Assembly: GCA_046331525.1 (NCBI GenBank)
Contig: JAXLQQ010000014.1
Coordinates: 10,296 to 74,295 of the forward strand
Length of the DNA: 64,000 bases
From: Blastocatellia bacterium
GTDB lineage: Bacteria > Acidobacteriota > Blastocatellia > RBC074
Direction: 5' to 3'
Of this stretch, positions 1 to 8,784 are shown in pieces. The notes beneath the pieces were generated by a model. It was not told the origin of the DNA, did no database searches, and saw nothing but the letters and a program-made list of their open reading frames with translations. Position 1 is the stretch's first letter. Each line of letters begins with the position of its first letter. Made by a program: the position numbers and the translations under genes.

Positions 1-156
1 CATGGGAAGTGCAACAAACATCTTGTTTCTTGCCCTGTCCGCTACTTGTCAAACTCACTGATTTGTCCGCGCACTTAAGCTTCTGGTTGGAATGGCAGAA
101 ACGCCCATATTCTTCCTTACAAATCCTGCCCGAACGCAAAGCCCCGTGGCGCCCAG

Positions 157-990
157 CTACCGCCACGGAGTAAGTTGATTACGAATGGTTTGTACGCCAT
201 TTACATCGCGCGTGATTCTTTCGGCCAACGCGCGCTCTGCTTTAGAACTAACATTGCCGCTGAGTGTTACGATCCCGTCTTTAGTGTCCACATTAATTGC
301 ACCTACCTCAACAAAATTATCGCGCTCGTTAAAGAGGGCAAATTGTACTTGTTTGCCGAGCCGTTGACTGCTGTCTGAACTGACACCAGGCGTTTCGTTA
401 CGCCCCGCTGTTACGTCTTTCACCGCCAGCATGTTTGTCACATTCTGGATATTATTGATACTACGTGCGACTTGCTCCGCACCTGCTTTTTGCTGCGGCG
501 AGGTAACTTCGCCAGATAAAGTAACGTTCCGATCTTTGATAGTGATTTGAATATTTTCTCCGCTTAATTCCGGGCTGCTGGCATATCGTTCGCGCAAATC
601 AGCCTGAATTTCCAAATCAGCAATCCGCGCTGTTTCGCGCAAACTCTGCTCAGAAGGGCGCAGACCCGACTCAACCACGAGCTGATTAGTAACACCTGTC
701 ACGCCAGTCGTATCTTTAGCTACACTTGCGGCTAATTCTTTATCAATTTCTGTCGGCACCCGGCCTGTTAACGTTACTACTCCATTCTGGGTAGCAACTT
801 TCAGGTCATAGATAGACAACCGTTTGGACAGTGAAAAATTAGATTTTACTTTACCTGTTGTTGTTAAGTCTGCGGCTTGTTGCATTACGCCTTGTGCCGC
901 TTCTGGCAAGCGCGTGCGCGACATCGCAATCCAAATGACGACGCCCACCAACACAACTACGGCTAATAAAATCAACGGACTACGTCTCAT
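157..990 (-). CDS. BON domain-containing protein (OsmY-like; N-terminal membrane anchor plus three BON repeats)
   Basis: 277-aa ORF. Hydrophobic N-terminus LILLAVVVLVGVVIWIAM. Three BON-like repeats: VTLTGRVPTEIDKELAASVAKDTTGVTGVTNQLVV, VTLSGEVTSPQQKAGAEQVARSINNIQNVTNML, VTLSGNVSSKAERALAERITRDVNGVQTIRNQL. GAGGAGG RBS just upstream of the ATG. Confidence 0.85.
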   Translation of the reverse strand: MRRSPLILLAVVVLVGVVIWIAMSRTRLPEAAQGVMQQAADLTTTGKVKSNFSLSKRLSIYDLKVATQNGVVTLTGRVPTEIDKELAASVAKDTTGVTGVTNQLVVESGLRPSEQSLRETARIADLEIQADLRERYASSPELSGENIQITIKDRNVTLSGEVTSPQQKAGAEQVARSINNIQNVTNMLAVKDVTAGRNETPGVSSDSSQRLGKQVQFALFNERDNFVEVGAINVDTKDGIVTLSGNVSSKAERALAERITRDVNGVQTIRNQLTPWR

Positions 991-1005
991 TGCACGCCTC
1001 CTCGT

Positions 1006-1052
1006 CAGGCAAACTTTCCCGTTATTACCGTAATAACGGGAAAGTTTGCCTG
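1006..1052. terminator. 47-nt perfect palindrome (23-nt arms) between the yeaQ-like stop and the BON start
   Basis: CAGGCAAACTTTCCCGTTATTAC-C-GTAATAACGGGAAAGTTTGCCTG read directly. Lies immediately downstream of the 1070 stop on the minus strand. No clear U-tract. Outer ends are GGCAAAC/GTTTGCC. Confidence 0.6.
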
Positions 1053-1069
1053 CTCAGTTTCGCCTTGCC

Positions 1070-1327
1070 TCAAACTGTTGTACTGCGGCCTGCAATCAGC
1101 CGATAAATCCAGAGCAACAATACGGCTCCTACAATAGACATTACCCAGCCTGCCGAATAATCCACACCGCCCCACAACATACGCCCGATAAACGTTCCCA
1201 CCAGTGCCCCCACAACTCCCAACACAATGGTGATAATAAAACCACCCGGATCACGCCCTGGCATCAAGAGCTTGGCAATGATTCCGACTACTAATCCAAA
1301 AACGATTTGTCCGATTAAATGTCCCAT
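1070..1327 (-). CDS. GlsB/YeaQ/YmgE family stress-response membrane protein (transglycosylase-associated)
   Basis: 85 aa. MGHLIGQIVFGLVVGIIAKLLMPGRDPGGFIITIVLGVVGALVGTFIG is the typical YeaQ/GlsB pattern. Three TM helices. AGGAGAAG RBS. Confidence 0.85.
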   Translation of the reverse strand: MGHLIGQIVFGLVVGIIAKLLMPGRDPGGFIITIVLGVVGALVGTFIGRMLWGGVDYSAGWVMSIVGAVLLLWIYRLIAGRSTTV

Positions 1328-1476
1328 AACTTCTCCTGTAGTTCACATAGTTGTGAATGGTGCCAATAATTGCTGTCTGACTGCCAAACAATACTGCCCT
1401 CAGTTAGAACAGCAGCCCCACCCGCCCTGCGAATCTGCAAATTATGCGCCACAAGACTATGAAAGCACGGCGATGA

Positions 1477-1509
1477 GAAGGAGACATAAAAATTGGCTGT
1501 GTCTCCTTC
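1477..1509 (-). terminator. Short hairpin downstream of the hydrolase gene
   Basis: GAAGGAGACA (1477-1486) pairs with TGTCTCCTTC (1500-1509). Sits about 25 nt after the stop at 1532 on the minus strand. No strong U-tract. Confidence 0.35.
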
Positions 1510-1531
1510 ATCGTCGGGTTGCAGCCTTGTT

Positions 1532-2377
1532 TTAACGAATTGCAGCGCGCTTTTCATAGCCTTTGAGAAACGCCATCAGGTCTTGTAGTAATTGCTGCTT
1601 ATGCGTAGCGAACAAACCGTGGGGTGCGCCGGAGTACTCGATTAACTGCGCCTGCGGAACAGCCCTCGCCACGACACGCCCTGTGGCATCAATGGGTACT
1701 GTCTTATCGTCAGTGCCATGGATTATCAAAGTAGGAACGGTGAAGGCCGCCAGGTCAGGCCGAAAATCCGTCGTCGCAAACGCCGCCGCGCAATCCAGTG
1801 TTGCCTTCAGACTGGCCTGCATCGAAACGGCCCGCGACCATTCCAGCACCTCATCACTAACTGACTGCGACAACAATCCAACGCCATAGAAATCACGGAA
1901 GAAGTCCGCAAAAAAATGCGCGCGATCTTTTTTCATGTTTGTTGTCATCTCTTCAAATACGGACGGATCAACGCCATTTGGATTGTCATTCGTTTGGAGC
2001 ATGTACGGCACCACTGAAGAAACCAGCACCACCTGCGTTACCTGTTTGCCATTATGCCGTGACAGATACCGTGCCACCTCGCCGCCGCCCATCGAGAACC
2101 CCACAAGTGTAGCATCCGTTGCGCCTATGCCTTCGATCACATCGGCCAAGTCATCAGCCAGGGTATCGTAATCGTATCCGTTCCAGGGCTGTTCCGAACG
2201 GCCAAAGCCACGGCGGTCATAGGCAATCGTGCGAAAGCCCGCCTGCGCCAGCATTATCGCCGCATCATCCCAACTGTCTGCCGAAAGCGGCCAGCCGTGC
2301 AGTAAAACCACAGGACGGCCCTGCCCCCAATCCTTTACATATAGGTTTGTATTGTCTCTGGTTTTTAAATACGTCAT
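1532..2377 (-). CDS. alpha/beta hydrolase, non-haem haloperoxidase/arylesterase-like
   Basis: 281 aa. The N-terminus YVKDWGQGRPVVLLHGWPLSADSWD and the nucleophile elbow GFSMGGGE are typical of this family. GAGGAGGAG RBS. Confidence 0.85.
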   Translation of the reverse strand: MTYLKTRDNTNLYVKDWGQGRPVVLLHGWPLSADSWDDAAIMLAQAGFRTIAYDRRGFGRSEQPWNGYDYDTLADDLADVIEGIGATDATLVGFSMGGGEVARYLSRHNGKQVTQVVLVSSVVPYMLQTNDNPNGVDPSVFEEMTTNMKKDRAHFFADFFRDFYGVGLLSQSVSDEVLEWSRAVSMQASLKATLDCAAAFATTDFRPDLAAFTVPTLIIHGTDDKTVPIDATGRVVARAVPQAQLIEYSGAPHGLFATHKQQLLQDLMAFLKGYEKRAAIR

Positions 2378-2392
2378 ATTCTCCTCCTCGAT

Positions 2393-2505
2393 CGGTTTTC
2401 AGTTGCATATAGAACGTATGGTACCGGCTTCAGCCGGAAGCTGGGCGGGCCATTCCTTCCGGCTGAAGTCGGTACTACATACGTTCTACATGCAACTGAA
2501 AACCG
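2393..2505. repeat. 113-nt imperfect palindrome (arms about 48 nt, loop about 14 nt)
   Basis: Left arm CGGTTTTCAGTTGCATATAGAACGTATGGTACCGGCTTCAGCCGGAAG. The reverse complement of the right arm is CGGTTTTCAGTTGCATGTAGAACGTATGTAGTACCGACTTCAGCCGGAAG. Intergenic, between the M48 stop and the hydrolase start. Confidence 0.8.
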
Positions 2506-2687
2506 GTATAAAAGCTACATAAAAAGTTGCATCGCATCGTAGTCACAAAAATTTTGCCTGATGAAATGCAGCTATCGTTACCTGCCATTCCCAATTTTTT
2601 CTGACCTACAAAAATGCAGGTGAATTCAGCTTTAAGAATGAACTCTTTACTCTTAAAAAAACTTCTGGCTGACGGGACAGCGGGGTC

Positions 2688-4118
2688 TTACGAATTCAAA
2701 TTCACCGAATTAAGAATGCGCTGAAAAACCGTGTTATAGGAGCCATAATCATTGTTTGGTGCGACGTTAATCACATAAAAAAGCGCCCCATTGCGTAAGA
2801 GCACCGTATGCACATTAACGACTTCATTGCGCCCGGTAATTGGCGATTGCCCGCCAAGCGTAATGCCCAAGGCATTACGACCATCTATTGTTTCTGACCA
2901 AAAATTTCGCCGTACACGCAGATAAGAGTTGTTTTGCAGCAAAGCATTCACATAGCGGGCCGAAGCGTCTCGCAAGTTAGAACCGGGCGCGTTGGCGACT
3001 CCCACCATTGCCCCATGTGTAAAAACGCTTTGCCCCTGGTAATTGCCAAATGCGCCCTGCGGAGCGAATGTAATTGAATTATCATCCCCAAATTGACGCC
3101 AGTTTTCTGGTACGGCAAGTTGGAAAAGATTGCCGCCCCGATACGTGCGGTACTGGGAAGATGGAGTTTCGACGCGCTGCTCAATGCGGCTATCATTAGG
3201 GTACTGCGGACGGCTTGGCGAGCTTTGGCGATTGCGGACAATTTGTTCCATTGTCTGCGCGGGTGCCTGGCTACGTAGAGATGATCTAACGCGATTGAAT
3301 TCTGCCGTATTGCTTTGTGCCATACGTTCATTCACATTCAACCGCTCGGCTTCTTCGTTAATACGATTATAGCGATTGCCAGGATTAGGGTGACTGCTCA
3401 ACCATTCCGGGCCGCCGCCACCGCCTTGTTGTTCAATCGTGCGGAACATATTGGCGAGATCACGCGGATCGTAACCAGCCCTCGCCATAATTTGCGCGCC
3501 GAGAATATCAGCCTGTGTTTCATAATCACGACTGTATCGCAGCAGATAGGCCCCCAGCCCTAACTGTGTCCCCTGTGCAATCACACTGCCCGCATTCCCG
3601 CCAATAATTGCACCAAGAATAGCGCCGCCAATGGCTCCAAGCTGAATGCCGGGATTTTGCTGTTTTGTCGCCTGTGCTGTGCCGTGCCGCAAAGCAACGT
3701 GACTGATCTCATGCGCCATCACGCCAGCCATTTCTCCTTCCGTCCGCGCAGCCTCGATCATCCCGCGATTGACGTACATTGGCCCACCGGGTAAAGCAAA
3801 AGCATTGATGTCGCTCGCATTGACCACGTCAAAACGGTAATTAAATTCCTGATGCTGAAATTGAGACGGAATTGCCGCCACCAACCGACGCCCAACCCGC
3901 TCCACATATGCATCCACTTCACTATCTTCAGGGTAAAGCGGCATTTGTTTCTCTACCTCAGCGGCAGCTTGTCGGCCCAATTCAATATCCTGCGCCAGAG
4001 AGTACTTATTCTTTGGCGCTTCAACTCTGGTTGCCTGCGCATAGGTTAGAAATGGCATCAAAGTTAGTAGAATCACTACGGCAAAGCTGATTGGATGATA
4101 AATATTTTTCTTTCGCAT
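2688..4118 (-). CDS. M48 family zinc metallopeptidase, secreted, with C-terminal accessory domain
   Basis: HExxH motif MAHEISHVALRHG. Signal-like FAVVILLTLMPFLTYAQA. Start taken at MRKKN (ATG 4118, AAGGAG RBS); the ORF is open up to 4160. Confidence 0.85.
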   Translation of the reverse strand: MRKKNIYHPISFAVVILLTLMPFLTYAQATRVEAPKNKYSLAQDIELGRQAAAEVEKQMPLYPEDSEVDAYVERVGRRLVAAIPSQFQHQEFNYRFDVVNASDINAFALPGGPMYVNRGMIEAARTEGEMAGVMAHEISHVALRHGTAQATKQQNPGIQLGAIGGAILGAIIGGNAGSVIAQGTQLGLGAYLLRYSRDYETQADILGAQIMARAGYDPRDLANMFRTIEQQGGGGGPEWLSSHPNPGNRYNRINEEAERLNVNERMAQSNTAEFNRVRSSLRSQAPAQTMEQIVRNRQSSPSRPQYPNDSRIEQRVETPSSQYRTYRGGNLFQLAVPENWRQFGDDNSITFAPQGAFGNYQGQSVFTHGAMVGVANAPGSNLRDASARYVNALLQNNSYLRVRRNFWSETIDGRNALGITLGGQSPITGRNEVVNVHTVLLRNGALFYVINVAPNNDYGSYNTVFQRILNSVNLNS

Positions 4119-4241
4119 AAACTTTCTTAACTCCTTATCTACAGATAAATGATTTACCAAGTTGAGCGACTACTTACAGGAGCTAAGACAGCAAGCTATG
4201 TGCCGCACTATAACTCAGCAATCGTCTCAAGTTTATAGAGA

Positions 4242-4889
4242 ATGCAATTTGCAAGGAGATTCGTATTAATGAGTTACAGGAAGGCTATGAATAATAATTT
4301 ACATGGTAACGCACCTGACAACAGTTCGCTTTGTTTATTACTAATTGACGTTATTAATGACTTTGAATTTGCAGGCGGCGAGGAACTATTAAAAGCGGCA
4401 TTACCAGCAGGACAAAGGATTCTGCAATTGAAACAGCAGGCCCGACAGGCTGGGGTTCCAACCATTTATGTCAATGACAATTTTGGCAAATGGCGGTCTG
4501 ATTTTAGAAAACAAGTGGTGCATTGCCTAGAAGATGGCGTGCGCGGAGAACCGTTAGCAAAGCTATTGCATCCGCAAGAGGAAGATTACTTTGTTCTAAA
4601 GCCAAAACATTCTGGCTTCTATTCAACAACACTCGACACGTTGCTCAGTTATCTAAACGCCAAAACCCTAATCCTTACGGGGCTTACCGGAAATATGTGC
4701 ATTCTCTTCACTGCTATAGATGCTTACTTGCGTGACTTTCAACTCTTTGTCCCGGCAGACTGTGTTGTTTCTATTGAAATAGAGGAAAATCAAGCGGCAC
4801 TAAAATATATGCAGAAGGTTCTGAAAGCGAATATTTGTCCGGCGGCTGAAATAGATTTGACGGCAGTGAAAACAAAAAAAGGCAAATAA
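4242..4889 (+). CDS. isochorismatase-family cysteine hydrolase
   Basis: LLLIDVINDF..., KPKHSGFYSTTLDTLL..., LILTGLTGNMCILFTAIDAY (catalytic Cys context). The real start may be ATG 4269 (AAGGAG RBS) or ATG 4287. Confidence 0.85.
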   Translation: MQFARRFVLMSYRKAMNNNLHGNAPDNSSLCLLLIDVINDFEFAGGEELLKAALPAGQRILQLKQQARQAGVPTIYVNDNFGKWRSDFRKQVVHCLEDGVRGEPLAKLLHPQEEDYFVLKPKHSGFYSTTLDTLLSYLNAKTLILTGLTGNMCILFTAIDAYLRDFQLFVPADCVVSIEIEENQAALKYMQKVLKANICPAAEIDLTAVKTKKGK

Positions 4890-5029
4890 TGAACGAGCCC
4901 CCCGATTCATTTACTTTACTCACCTATCAGAAAAAGGAAGAGAAAATCAGCCCGAAGATACTCCTCTTCTTTTATAACTCTTCTGAAACGAACGAGAAGG
5001 TAAAGTAGCCAGGAGGCTCGTACTCTTTG

Positions 5030-5428
5030 CTAGCGACGGAAAAATTCGCTAGCAATTTCTGACAAAGCATTCATGACCGGCGGAACAATGCGTTGCGAAC
5101 GGCTGCGCCCTGTCCCCATTACTCCGCTTGCCAGCAACAAACCGACGCCAACGCCAACTCCAAAAGCCACGGCCATTGTGGTGCCGGGATTTTCGCGGCC
5201 ATATTCCTTAGCCTGATCCAAGGTTTCATTCACGGTGCGACTTGCTCGTTGATACGCCTCATTCACGGTCTGTTTCGCCTGATCCATCATTTCTTCCCGC
5301 TCACCAGTTCGCCCCCAGTTTTCGCGCCGTTCTGAAGCTTGTTGTTGCCCGCCCTGTGACGGGGGTTTGGGCGTTGTGATTGGTTGTGTGCCCGTTGCCT
5401 GACCAGTAGTTTTAGTTGTTTCTGCCAT
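5030..5428 (-). CDS. DUF883/YqjD(ElaB)-like tail-anchored stress protein
   Basis: 132 aa. Helical region QAKQTVNEAYQRASRTVNETLDQAKEYGRENP followed by a C-terminal TM segment TTMAVAFGVGVGVGLLLASG. GGAGGAG RBS. Confidence 0.6.
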   Translation of the reverse strand: MAETTKTTGQATGTQPITTPKPPSQGGQQQASERRENWGRTGEREEMMDQAKQTVNEAYQRASRTVNETLDQAKEYGRENPGTTMAVAFGVGVGVGLLLASGVMGTGRSRSQRIVPPVMNALSEIASEFFRR

Positions 5429-5556
5429 TTTAACTCCTCCTTGAAATAAAAATTCGGACGCTTGTCCTGCTGCTATGTGTATAGATAAGTCAGGTTAGAA
5501 ACCTGTTAGTGGAGCAAGAAACTAAATGTTTTTTCTTTAGCTCCGATGATTATGAA

Positions 5557-6096
5557 TTACTGTGAATAACTGCGCGCCTGGCGATAAGCGGCGCTATCCA
5601 CATAATCCTCTCCCTCCTGCTCATAGTCGGTGGTTTCGCGGCTGGCAAGAAACTTCTCGCGGGCAAAGTTCCCCGCCGCTTGCATAACGGCTCCAGTGGC
5701 CATTCCCCAAAGCGTGTGGCCTAAGCCGGGGCGATGCATGCCTAAACCTTCTAATTGATCCTGAAAACGCGAGGCGGTATCTTCAATAATCTCAGCGAAT
5801 GCTTCCTTAATTCGCTCTTCCGGTGTTGCGCGGCGATGAACCAGATAGCCCAGCATCAATCCTACTCCGGCAGCAACACCAGCGGCTGCCAACGGATAAT
5901 CTGAGATATATGTTTTCCAATCGAAGGTTCGCTGCACACGCGAACTTAGCTCATCCACCGTTTCTGTAATAGACTCGCGCGTGGCTGCAATGTGCTGACG
6001 AATCTCTTCTGAACTTCGACCGAGTGCCGTGCCAGAAGCGCCCTCCTGAGACGTTAGCGGTGAACTGCTTGTAGTTAAATTATCTCTTTCAACCAT
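5557..6096 (-). CDS. DUF3618-like membrane protein
   Basis: 179 aa. SSEEIRQHIAATRESITETVDELSSRV followed by the TM segment YPLAAAGVAAGVGLMLGYLV. GGAGGAG RBS. Overlaps the upstream gene by 22 nt. Confidence 0.6.
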   Translation of the reverse strand: MVERDNLTTSSSPLTSQEGASGTALGRSSEEIRQHIAATRESITETVDELSSRVQRTFDWKTYISDYPLAAAGVAAGVGLMLGYLVHRRATPEERIKEAFAEIIEDTASRFQDQLEGLGMHRPGLGHTLWGMATGAVMQAAGNFAREKFLASRETTDYEQEGEDYVDSAAYRQARSYSQ

Positions 6097-6482
6097 TCTT
6101 TATTCTCCTCCAGTGTGGCGATGGTTTGTTCTGGTTTAAGGCGCGCCTGTTTGAACTGTTGGATGCCCATAAATACAACGTAGGAAGCAATCAGCCCCAA
6201 ACCGAGACCAACGACTAAAGCGGCCACCCAGGGTTGCCAATAGAGGCTCAACCCCAGAATTAACGCGGCGATGAGACATAACGCAGCCAGCGCCACACCA
6301 CCAATCCCAATGGCCAGCATTATTACGGGCGGTCGAATTTCACGAACGCTTTCCTGCACTTCCTGCCGAGCCAGCGCGACTTCTTCACGCACGAGCGTAG
6401 CGGACTTTTCAGCCAACTCGACTAATAACTGCGTAAACGATTCTTGCGCATCGTTGCGCATTCGCCTTGCTTCCGGTTGCAT
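6075..6482 (-). CDS. DUF1469 / 'holin-X' family membrane protein (YqjE-like)
   Basis: Start set at ATG 6482 (GGAGG RBS). FTQLLVELAEKSATLVREEVALARQEV followed by two TM helices. This is the family that sits next to yqjD in E. coli. Confidence 0.7.
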   Translation of the reverse strand: MQPEARRMRNDAQESFTQLLVELAEKSATLVREEVALARQEVQESVREIRPPVIMLAIGIGGVALAALCLIAALILGLSLYWQPWVAALVVGLGLGLIASYVVFMGIQQFKQARLKPEQTIATLEENKEWLKEII

Positions 6483-6486
6483 ATCT

Positions 6487-6828
6487 CTACCTCCGGCGCA
6501 AAAGATTGCCGAGTACGACGCCGGCCAGCCCAACAATCAACAGGCTACGTCCGGGATTGCGGCGCACGGTTGTTTCCAGATCGGACTTCAGCTTTTGCGG
6601 TTCTAGTTCATTGACATAATCTGCCGAACGCTCCAGCCAACTTGCGGCTTGATCGCCGAATTTTGAGAGTTCGGTGGGACGTTCCGTGCGCGCAGACTTT
6701 TGATGCAATGCCTCGGCTGCCGAAGAAAGTTGCCGTGCGACAGTGCTTTTGATTTGCCCCCACGACGAGCCTTGCCGGTTTTCATATTGCTGCCCCGCTT
6801 CCAATTGTCTTTCCATTACGTACCTCAA
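6487..6828 (-). CDS. DUF883-like tail-anchored protein
   Basis: 113 aa. Helical body and C-terminal RRNPGRSLLIVGLAGVVLGNLLRRR. Its stop is 4 nt before the next gene's start. Confidence 0.55.
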   Translation of the reverse strand: MRYVMERQLEAGQQYENRQGSSWGQIKSTVARQLSSAAEALHQKSARTERPTELSKFGDQAASWLERSADYVNELEPQKLKSDLETTVRRNPGRSLLIVGLAGVVLGNLLRRR

Positions 6829-6857
6829 TGTTGTTTTTTAGACCGGGTTCGGTGTAT

Positions 6858-6921
6858 GGCAAACGTCTTGTTTGCCGCTTCGTGCCACAACACGCGAAGC
6901 GCGGCAAACAAGATGTTTGCC
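6858..6921. promoter_or_regulatory. Pair of GCAAAC-N5-GTTTGC palindromes flanking a central hairpin, upstream of the yqjD-like operon
   Basis: GGCAAACGTCTTGTTTGCC (6858-6876), GCTTCGTG-CCACAA-CACGCGAAGC (6877-6900), GGCAAACAAGATGTTTGCC (6903-6921). Lies 30-94 nt upstream of the start codon at 6828. Confidence 0.5.
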
Positions 6922-7060
6922 GTACATTTAATACAGCAAACCTCAGGCCAGATTTATAGCTCAGTTCTGCTTTATAAATTGGGTTATGACTGTAAGACCG
7001 GCATACGACGCGCACTTCTCTGGTACAGGTCAATGTATGCCTGCCTCGCTGTCCGCAGGA

Positions 7061-8782
7061 TTAGGCGGGCAAGGTATAACGGCGGGTAATTGCTTCTTTG
7101 ATGTGCAACCGGCTGTCCTGTACAGAAAGATTGGTGTCGGCTTCAATCCGCTCAGCTTCGCGTGCCAATCCATCATCTTTGATATGCTCACGGAACCAGC
7201 TTGAGTATTCTTTTCGTTGCAGGTGGTAGCGCCACGTTTCCTCATCCACGCCATCAGCCAGTTGCAGAAAGGTAATAAGATTTTGTGCGCGCAGGTTAAG
7301 CTTGTTTTCCGGCCCGCGAAAATAAAAGCTCCATTCGGGCGCAAGCTCGCCCTGCGCGTATTTACGCTGATGTCGGCGGCGCGTACCACGCGAAGGCGTA
7401 GTGCGCACCCAAAAAGGCGGGCTGGCTGTTTGCCCTTCGTGACGTGACCAAACTAACGCATCGCCACGCGCCAGTGTTGTTGGCGTCAGGCTGGGCACCG
7501 GTTCGCCAATCGCTTCGCAGAAATAGCGAACGGTTTGATCGGCAGCCTCGCCAATGGCAATAACGGTGTCCACCATCGTCAGCACATTTGTCGCAACGTG
7601 ATTCGGTTGCAAGGTAATAAGCAAAAGCCCGTACACATCCTGTGGAAAGCTGAGCGCTGCCGCTTCCCACGCGCGGGGCAGCAGATGATGTGTTTCGTCA
7701 ATCACGATCCAATGCGGTCGCCCGGTGCGGGAGCGTAATTCCTGCAAGCGCGGAAACAACTGGGCGAAAAATTCCGGGCGATGGTCAAGCGCCACGCCCA
7801 ACAAATTCACGACGGCATTTTGTTCCGGCGTTGCCAGCAATTCCATCACTTCATCCACACTCGGCACACGGTTACTATCACCAAGTGCGACGGCATACTC
7901 CAACTCGGAGTAATCGCCTTCGGGATCGAAAATGCAGAGTTGATATTGCTGTTCGGCCAAGCGTTCAATCAGGCCAGAGGCTGTAGTAGTTTTGCCACCT
8001 TGCGAAGAACCGGCCAACAGTACATTTTGCCCATACGGTTTGAGGCGTACTTCCGCTTCGTTCTCGCGCTGTCCTAGCAAGATGTCGTAGCGAGACAAGG
8101 TCGCCGAAAGATGACTAAGATCATCATCCAGCAGTTGTTCTGTGAGTTCAATTACACCATTGCCGTGATCGCCCGTCGTGACCCAGTCAGCCCGCTCTTT
8201 CAGCATTGGCAAGGCATTTGCCACGGCGACAGCACATTCGCAAAGATTGAGAAAAGCATGATCGTTTTCGGCATCGCCCACGCCTACCGTATTGTGAGCC
8301 GAGAGCTTTAAATCACTAAGCGCCGCAGCCAATCCGCTGGCTTTGTTCACGCCGGAAGGAAGCACCATCACTGCGCCTTTGTTGAAAATCACCTGTAATT
8401 CCAGCCCTAAATCCCGAATCGTTTGCAGCACCGTATTTTCGTGCGGCTCCCACGTCGCCACAATGGCGCGGCCAACAGAAATGGGTTCGACACCTCGCTC
8501 TTTGAGCAAGGCGACGAACCCATCGGGTGGGTGCTCGCCTAAAACCTTCTCCTCGCGCGTGGCTGGCGTATACAGCAGCGCACCGTTTTCCAGGACAGCT
8601 CGATCAAAGAGATCGAGCCGCGCAAACGTCTTTTGCAAATCCTCCAGCTCCCGACCACTCACTAGAATCAATTTGCGCCCGGAACTTCGCACCCGTTCCA
8701 GTGCTGCTATAGTTTCATCACTGACGATACCATTGTGAGCAATCGTGCCATCATAATCACAGGCCAGCGCGAGGTACCGCAT
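7061..8782 (-). CDS. HAD-IIB (Cof-type) phosphatase domain fused to a HerA/FtsK-like P-loop ATPase domain
   Basis: 573 aa. HAD motifs: CDYDGT (motif I), LVSGR, GVGDAENDHAF. ATPase motifs: Walker A LLAGSSQGGKTT, HerA-like IFDPEGDY, Walker B WIVIDETHHLLP, and LLLITLQPNHV. The start is 3 nt after the upstream BON gene's stop. Confidence 0.75.
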   Translation of the reverse strand: MRYLALACDYDGTIAHNGIVSDETIAALERVRSSGRKLILVSGRELEDLQKTFARLDLFDRAVLENGALLYTPATREEKVLGEHPPDGFVALLKERGVEPISVGRAIVATWEPHENTVLQTIRDLGLELQVIFNKGAVMVLPSGVNKASGLAAALSDLKLSAHNTVGVGDAENDHAFLNLCECAVAVANALPMLKERADWVTTGDHGNGVIELTEQLLDDDLSHLSATLSRYDILLGQRENEAEVRLKPYGQNVLLAGSSQGGKTTTASGLIERLAEQQYQLCIFDPEGDYSELEYAVALGDSNRVPSVDEVMELLATPEQNAVVNLLGVALDHRPEFFAQLFPRLQELRSRTGRPHWIVIDETHHLLPRAWEAAALSFPQDVYGLLLITLQPNHVATNVLTMVDTVIAIGEAADQTVRYFCEAIGEPVPSLTPTTLARGDALVWSRHEGQTASPPFWVRTTPSRGTRRRHQRKYAQGELAPEWSFYFRGPENKLNLRAQNLITFLQLADGVDEETWRYHLQRKEYSSWFREHIKDDGLAREAERIEADTNLSVQDSRLHIKEAITRRYTLPA

Positions 8783-8784
8783 AG

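Noticed and set aside
6075-6482. 'Holin' family protein as evidence for a prophage lysis cassette
   Set aside because: DUF1469/holin-X here sits in a yqjD/yqjE-type stress operon. No endolysin, terminase, capsid, integrase or other phage gene is present anywhere in the window.
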